From Prochlorococcus sp. AG-347-I06 (GTDB taxonomy: Bacteria; Cyanobacteriota; Cyanobacteriia; PCC-6307; Cyanobiaceae), in assembly GCA_003281605.1 (NCBI GenBank), contig QCBM01000005.1:19791-83790 (forward strand): DNA of 64,000 bases. Direction: 5' to 3'. The translations under genes and the position numbers were made by a program. Below the pieces are notes generated by a model. That model saw only the letters and a list, made by a program, of their open reading frames with translations. It was not told the origin of the DNA and made no database searches. Positions 61,227 through 64,000 of the stretch are shown one piece after another. Numbering within the stretch: the stretch's first letter is position 1; each line of letters begins with the position of its first letter.

Positions 61227-61274
61227 TCGGGGCTAAAGGATTCGAACCTGCGACCTAGTGCTCCTAAAGCACCC
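61227..61274 (-). pseudogene. Degenerate 3' fragment of a tRNA, most like tRNA-Pro(TGG)
   Basis: Minus strand GGGTGCTTTAGGAGCACTAGGTCGCAGGTTCGAATCCTTTAGCCCCGA: anticodon arm, T arm and acceptor 3' strand; no D arm or 5' strand. Confidence 0.8.
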
Positions 61275-61481
61275 ATACGACAAATTGAGACAGTAGGTTA
61301 AATAATCAAGTGAGGCTATAGCTTGTTAGTTTCTATATCTACAAAATTACGAGTCTTAAAAATAGGCCAAAGTTATACAAAATTATCCTTAGATATACAA
61401 TTAATCGCTAAATAATCGCTAAACAAAGACCTAGTGCTTTAGGAGCTGTAAAATATCATTGATTGACAGTCGATCCAACAT

Positions 61482-61504
61482 AGAGGGATAAAACCCTCTT
61501 TTTT
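61482..61504 (+). terminator. Intrinsic terminator-like hairpin
   Basis: AGAGGG-ATAAAA-CCCTCT followed by a T run. Confidence 0.65.
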
Positions 61505-61653
61505 ATGCAAGTAATAATCGTTTAAAAAGAGCGAACAGGTCGTATATATCAAGAATTATTGATTATATCAAAATATTTTGATGTATTTCTTAACCTTTGA
61601 ATTTCGTCTTTTGTTTGATGCTATAAATGAATTGACTTTAATCAAAGTGGCTA

Positions 61654-62625
61654 ATGAGTATTTTCAAAAAAACTCTCATTTTATCTTCTGCAATTTCATT
61701 AATACTTGCTCCATCTGCGATGGCTTCAAAAAGATTGAGTGGAGCTGGTGCATCTTTCCCTTCGAAAATTTATACCAGGTGGTTTTTTGACTTAGCTAAA
61801 TCTGGAGGTCCTAGAGTTAATTATCAAGCAGTAGGTTCAGGATCTGGAAGAAAAGCTTTCATAGACGAAACTGTTAGTTTTGGTGCATCAGATGATCCAA
61901 TGAAAGATTCTGATATAGAGAAAGTTAAAAGAGGACTCGTACAAATACCGATGGTTGGTGGAACAATTGCGTTTGGATATAACTATGATTGCGATTTGAA
62001 ATTAACTCAAGAGCAGGCTGTTCAAGTAGCAATGGGAATGATAAAAAATTGGAAGGAATTAGGATGTAAGTCAGGTAAATTAACTTGGGCGCATCGTTCT
62101 GATGGCTCAGGCACGACCAAAGCTTTTACAAATTCGATGGAGGCTTTCTCTAAAACCTGGAATTTAGGTACTGGTAAATCAGTTAAATGGCCTTCGGGAG
62201 TTGGCGCAAAAGGTAATTCTGGTGTTGCAGGTGTTATTCAAAATACTCCAGGTGCAATTGGTTATGTAAACCAGTCATACATTAAAGGTAATGTTAAGGC
62301 TGCTGCACTTCAAAATCTTTCTGGTGAATTCGTTACCCCTAATACTGAATCAGGTGCAATAGCTTTAAATGGAATAAATCTTGATGAAAACTTGGCTGGT
62401 AAAAATCCCAATCCTACTGCTAAAGGAGCTTATCCAATAGCAACATTGACTTGGATACTTGCTTACGAAAGAGGTAATGGAAGAAATACTAAGGCAATTC
62501 AAGATACATTCTATAAATTGCTCAGCGATGAATATCAAGATAAAGCTCCTGCCTTAGGTTTCGTTCCCTTGAAAGGAGAAATTTTAAAAAAATCAATTGA
62601 GGCTGTTGGAAGAATAGGAAGGTAA
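61654..62625 (+). CDS. pstS: Phosphate ABC transporter substrate-binding protein
   Basis: Signal peptide; GAGASFP, GSGSG, FGASD, RSDGSGTT and AYPI motifs. Confidence 0.97.
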   Translation: MSIFKKTLILSSAISLILAPSAMASKRLSGAGASFPSKIYTRWFFDLAKSGGPRVNYQAVGSGSGRKAFIDETVSFGASDDPMKDSDIEKVKRGLVQIPMVGGTIAFGYNYDCDLKLTQEQAVQVAMGMIKNWKELGCKSGKLTWAHRSDGSGTTKAFTNSMEAFSKTWNLGTGKSVKWPSGVGAKGNSGVAGVIQNTPGAIGYVNQSYIKGNVKAAALQNLSGEFVTPNTESGAIALNGINLDENLAGKNPNPTAKGAYPIATLTWILAYERGNGRNTKAIQDTFYKLLSDEYQDKAPALGFVPLKGEILKKSIEAVGRIGR

Positions 62626-63849
62626 TTTAGAACTAGTAAGCCAAGCAATAAAAATCAAAATAGAGGAAGTATATAAACAATACTGCATACCTATAGTGGC
62701 ATTTTTACCGAGCATAAATAACAAGCCAGATAGTAGGGTTCCAAACAATCTTCCAGCTGCATTAGCCATATAGTAATAACCAACATTTAAACTTACTTTC
62801 TCATTATCTGAATAAGCCAAAATCAAGTACGAATGAGTAGATGAATTCATTGCAAAAATAAAGCCGAATATTATTAATCCAATAACAATTACAGGACCTA
62901 ATGATTTATCACCGTTTAATGCTCCAGCAATAAATAAAGGAATAAAAGTTAAGATAAGTCCCCAAAATTGAACGGTAGTTTTTGTTGGGCTATTATTTTT
63001 CCCCCATACTTTTCTAAGTAATGGAGCTAACACTTGAAAGAAACCATAGATTATTATCCATCCACCCAAGAAGAGTCCTATTTTTAAATAATCCCATCCA
63101 AAAGAAATGTCTAAAAATACCGGAAGAGCTACTACAAACCAGACATCTCTTGCTCCAAATAAGAAAAACCTGGCACTTGAAAGAATATTAATACCTTGAG
63201 ACTTTGAATAAAGATCTTTAAAGATTGGCTTTCTTTTCATTTTCCCTGAATCTTTAGGAAGACATAAAGTTAAGAAGAATGCCAAGCATAGACCTAAACC
63301 CATTATTCCAACTGCATTATTAAAGCCCAATAGCTTGTATAAGAGACCCCCTAGGAAGAAGCCAACACCCTTGAGTGCATTTTTGGATCCTGTTAGAACT
63401 GAAACCCACTTAAACAATTGTTTTTGACTATTTTGATTATTCTCTCCTGAATCTGGAACTATTGATTTAACAGCACTTTTTGCACTCATTTTATTTAAAT
63501 CTTTTGCTACCCCACTAAGCGCTTGGGCTAACATAACGTATGAGACGCTAAAGATTACTGACCAATTCTCTTTGACTGGAATCAGCATAAAAAGAGCAAG
63601 AATTTGCAGAATTGTTCCTATCCATAAAGTAAGTCTTAAACCATATCTTGCCCCTATCCAGCCTCCAAAAAGATTTGTAATTATTCCAAAAAATTCATAG
63701 AAAAGAAAAAGTAAAGCAATTTGCAGAGTTGAATAACCAAGTTCATGAAAATGACCAACAACTAGTATCCTCAATGCACCGTCAGTAAGAGTAAATGCCC
63801 AATAGTTTGCGGTAACGACACTATATTGTTGAAGGCTAGATAACTTCAT
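62593..63849 (-). CDS. arsJ: Organoarsenical efflux MFS transporter
   Basis: YWAFTLTDGALR, FLFYEFFG, DLNKMSAKS and FLFGARDVWFVV; directly downstream of a GAPDH. Confidence 0.92.
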   Translation of the reverse strand: MKLSSLQQYSVVTANYWAFTLTDGALRILVVGHFHELGYSTLQIALLFLFYEFFGIITNLFGGWIGARYGLRLTLWIGTILQILALFMLIPVKENWSVIFSVSYVMLAQALSGVAKDLNKMSAKSAVKSIVPDSGENNQNSQKQLFKWVSVLTGSKNALKGVGFFLGGLLYKLLGFNNAVGIMGLGLCLAFFLTLCLPKDSGKMKRKPIFKDLYSKSQGINILSSARFFLFGARDVWFVVALPVFLDISFGWDYLKIGLFLGGWIIIYGFFQVLAPLLRKVWGKNNSPTKTTVQFWGLILTFIPLFIAGALNGDKSLGPVIVIGLIIFGFIFAMNSSTHSYLILAYSDNEKVSLNVGYYYMANAAGRLFGTLLSGLLFMLGKNATIGMQYCLYTSSILIFIAWLTSSKLPSYSSNSLN

Positions 63850-63854
63850 AAAAA

Positions 63855-64000
63855 CTAAAATTGCTTTTCTTTTTCAATTACATAAGAAGTAAGATCTGCA
63901 AGCCTGCAACTATAACCCCACTCATTGTCGTACCAAGCATAAATCTTTAATAATTTTGAATTTACAACCATCGTTGAAAGCCCATCAATTATTGAACTTC
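63855..64000 (-). CDS. gap: ArsJ-associated glyceraldehyde-3-phosphate dehydrogenase, 3' end only
   Basis: Manual translation ...[36 protein letters not shown]...*. Confidence 0.93.
   Translation of the reverse strand, partial: SSIIDGLSTMVVNSKLLKIYAWYDNEWGYSCRLADLTSYVIEKEKQF

Noticed and set aside
61227-61274. Functional tRNA-Leu(TAG) or suppressor tRNA
   Set aside because: D arm and 5' acceptor strand are missing; the TAG looks like a mutated Pro TGG anticodon
42644-61286. Shared 11-mer TACGACAAATT near 42644 and 61276
   Set aside because: A single short match in AT-rich DNA with no flanking similarity; could be chance
61578-61790. 70-aa ORF overlapping the pstS start; possible Pho box CTTAACCT at 61589-61596
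   Set aside because: The ORF is out of frame with pstS and motif-free; only one Pho-like half-site is visible, with no clear tandem repeat

Overview
AT-rich marine picocyanobacterial chromosome; gene content and order point to high-light Prochlorococcus (inferred). Bases 1-40.9 kb are core genome: menG(partial)-hisF-chlG-PBP-rsmB, a photolyase cluster, trmH, lepA, mqo, an NtcA-box/glutamine-riboswitch-controlled small gene, murE, rpsD, sulfur amino-acid genes, queA, pdhC, lipB, hpf-deoC-recO, proC-sepF-yggS-pipX-der, cobI-miaE-aroQ, then tRNA-Tyr and tRNA-Thr. A genomic island starts right after tRNA-Thr. First is a putative ~16.7-kb tyrosine-integrase element bounded by a 10-bp direct repeat (40960-57707). 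It carries integrase, Xis-like and RepA-like helicase genes plus what looks like an undescribed defence module. In that module a kinase-WYL regulator is bracketed by a perfect 17-bp inverted repeat that sits upstream of two divergent operons: unknown + HNH-SF2 helicase on the left; two N-terminally related orphans + GIY-YIG + a DUF3427/pseudo-methyltransferase/TRD/HEPN fusion on the right. An NLR-like HEPN-NB-ARC gene follows, enclosed by 94-bp hairpin-forming direct repeats. Beyond the element lie a SIMPL gene, two hypotheticals, a zinc-finger-repeat GIY-YIG-like nuclease, a degenerate tRNA-Pro fragment with a loop-inverted copy, and pstS converging on arsJ-gap. All domain calls come from motif recognition by eye; no searches were run.
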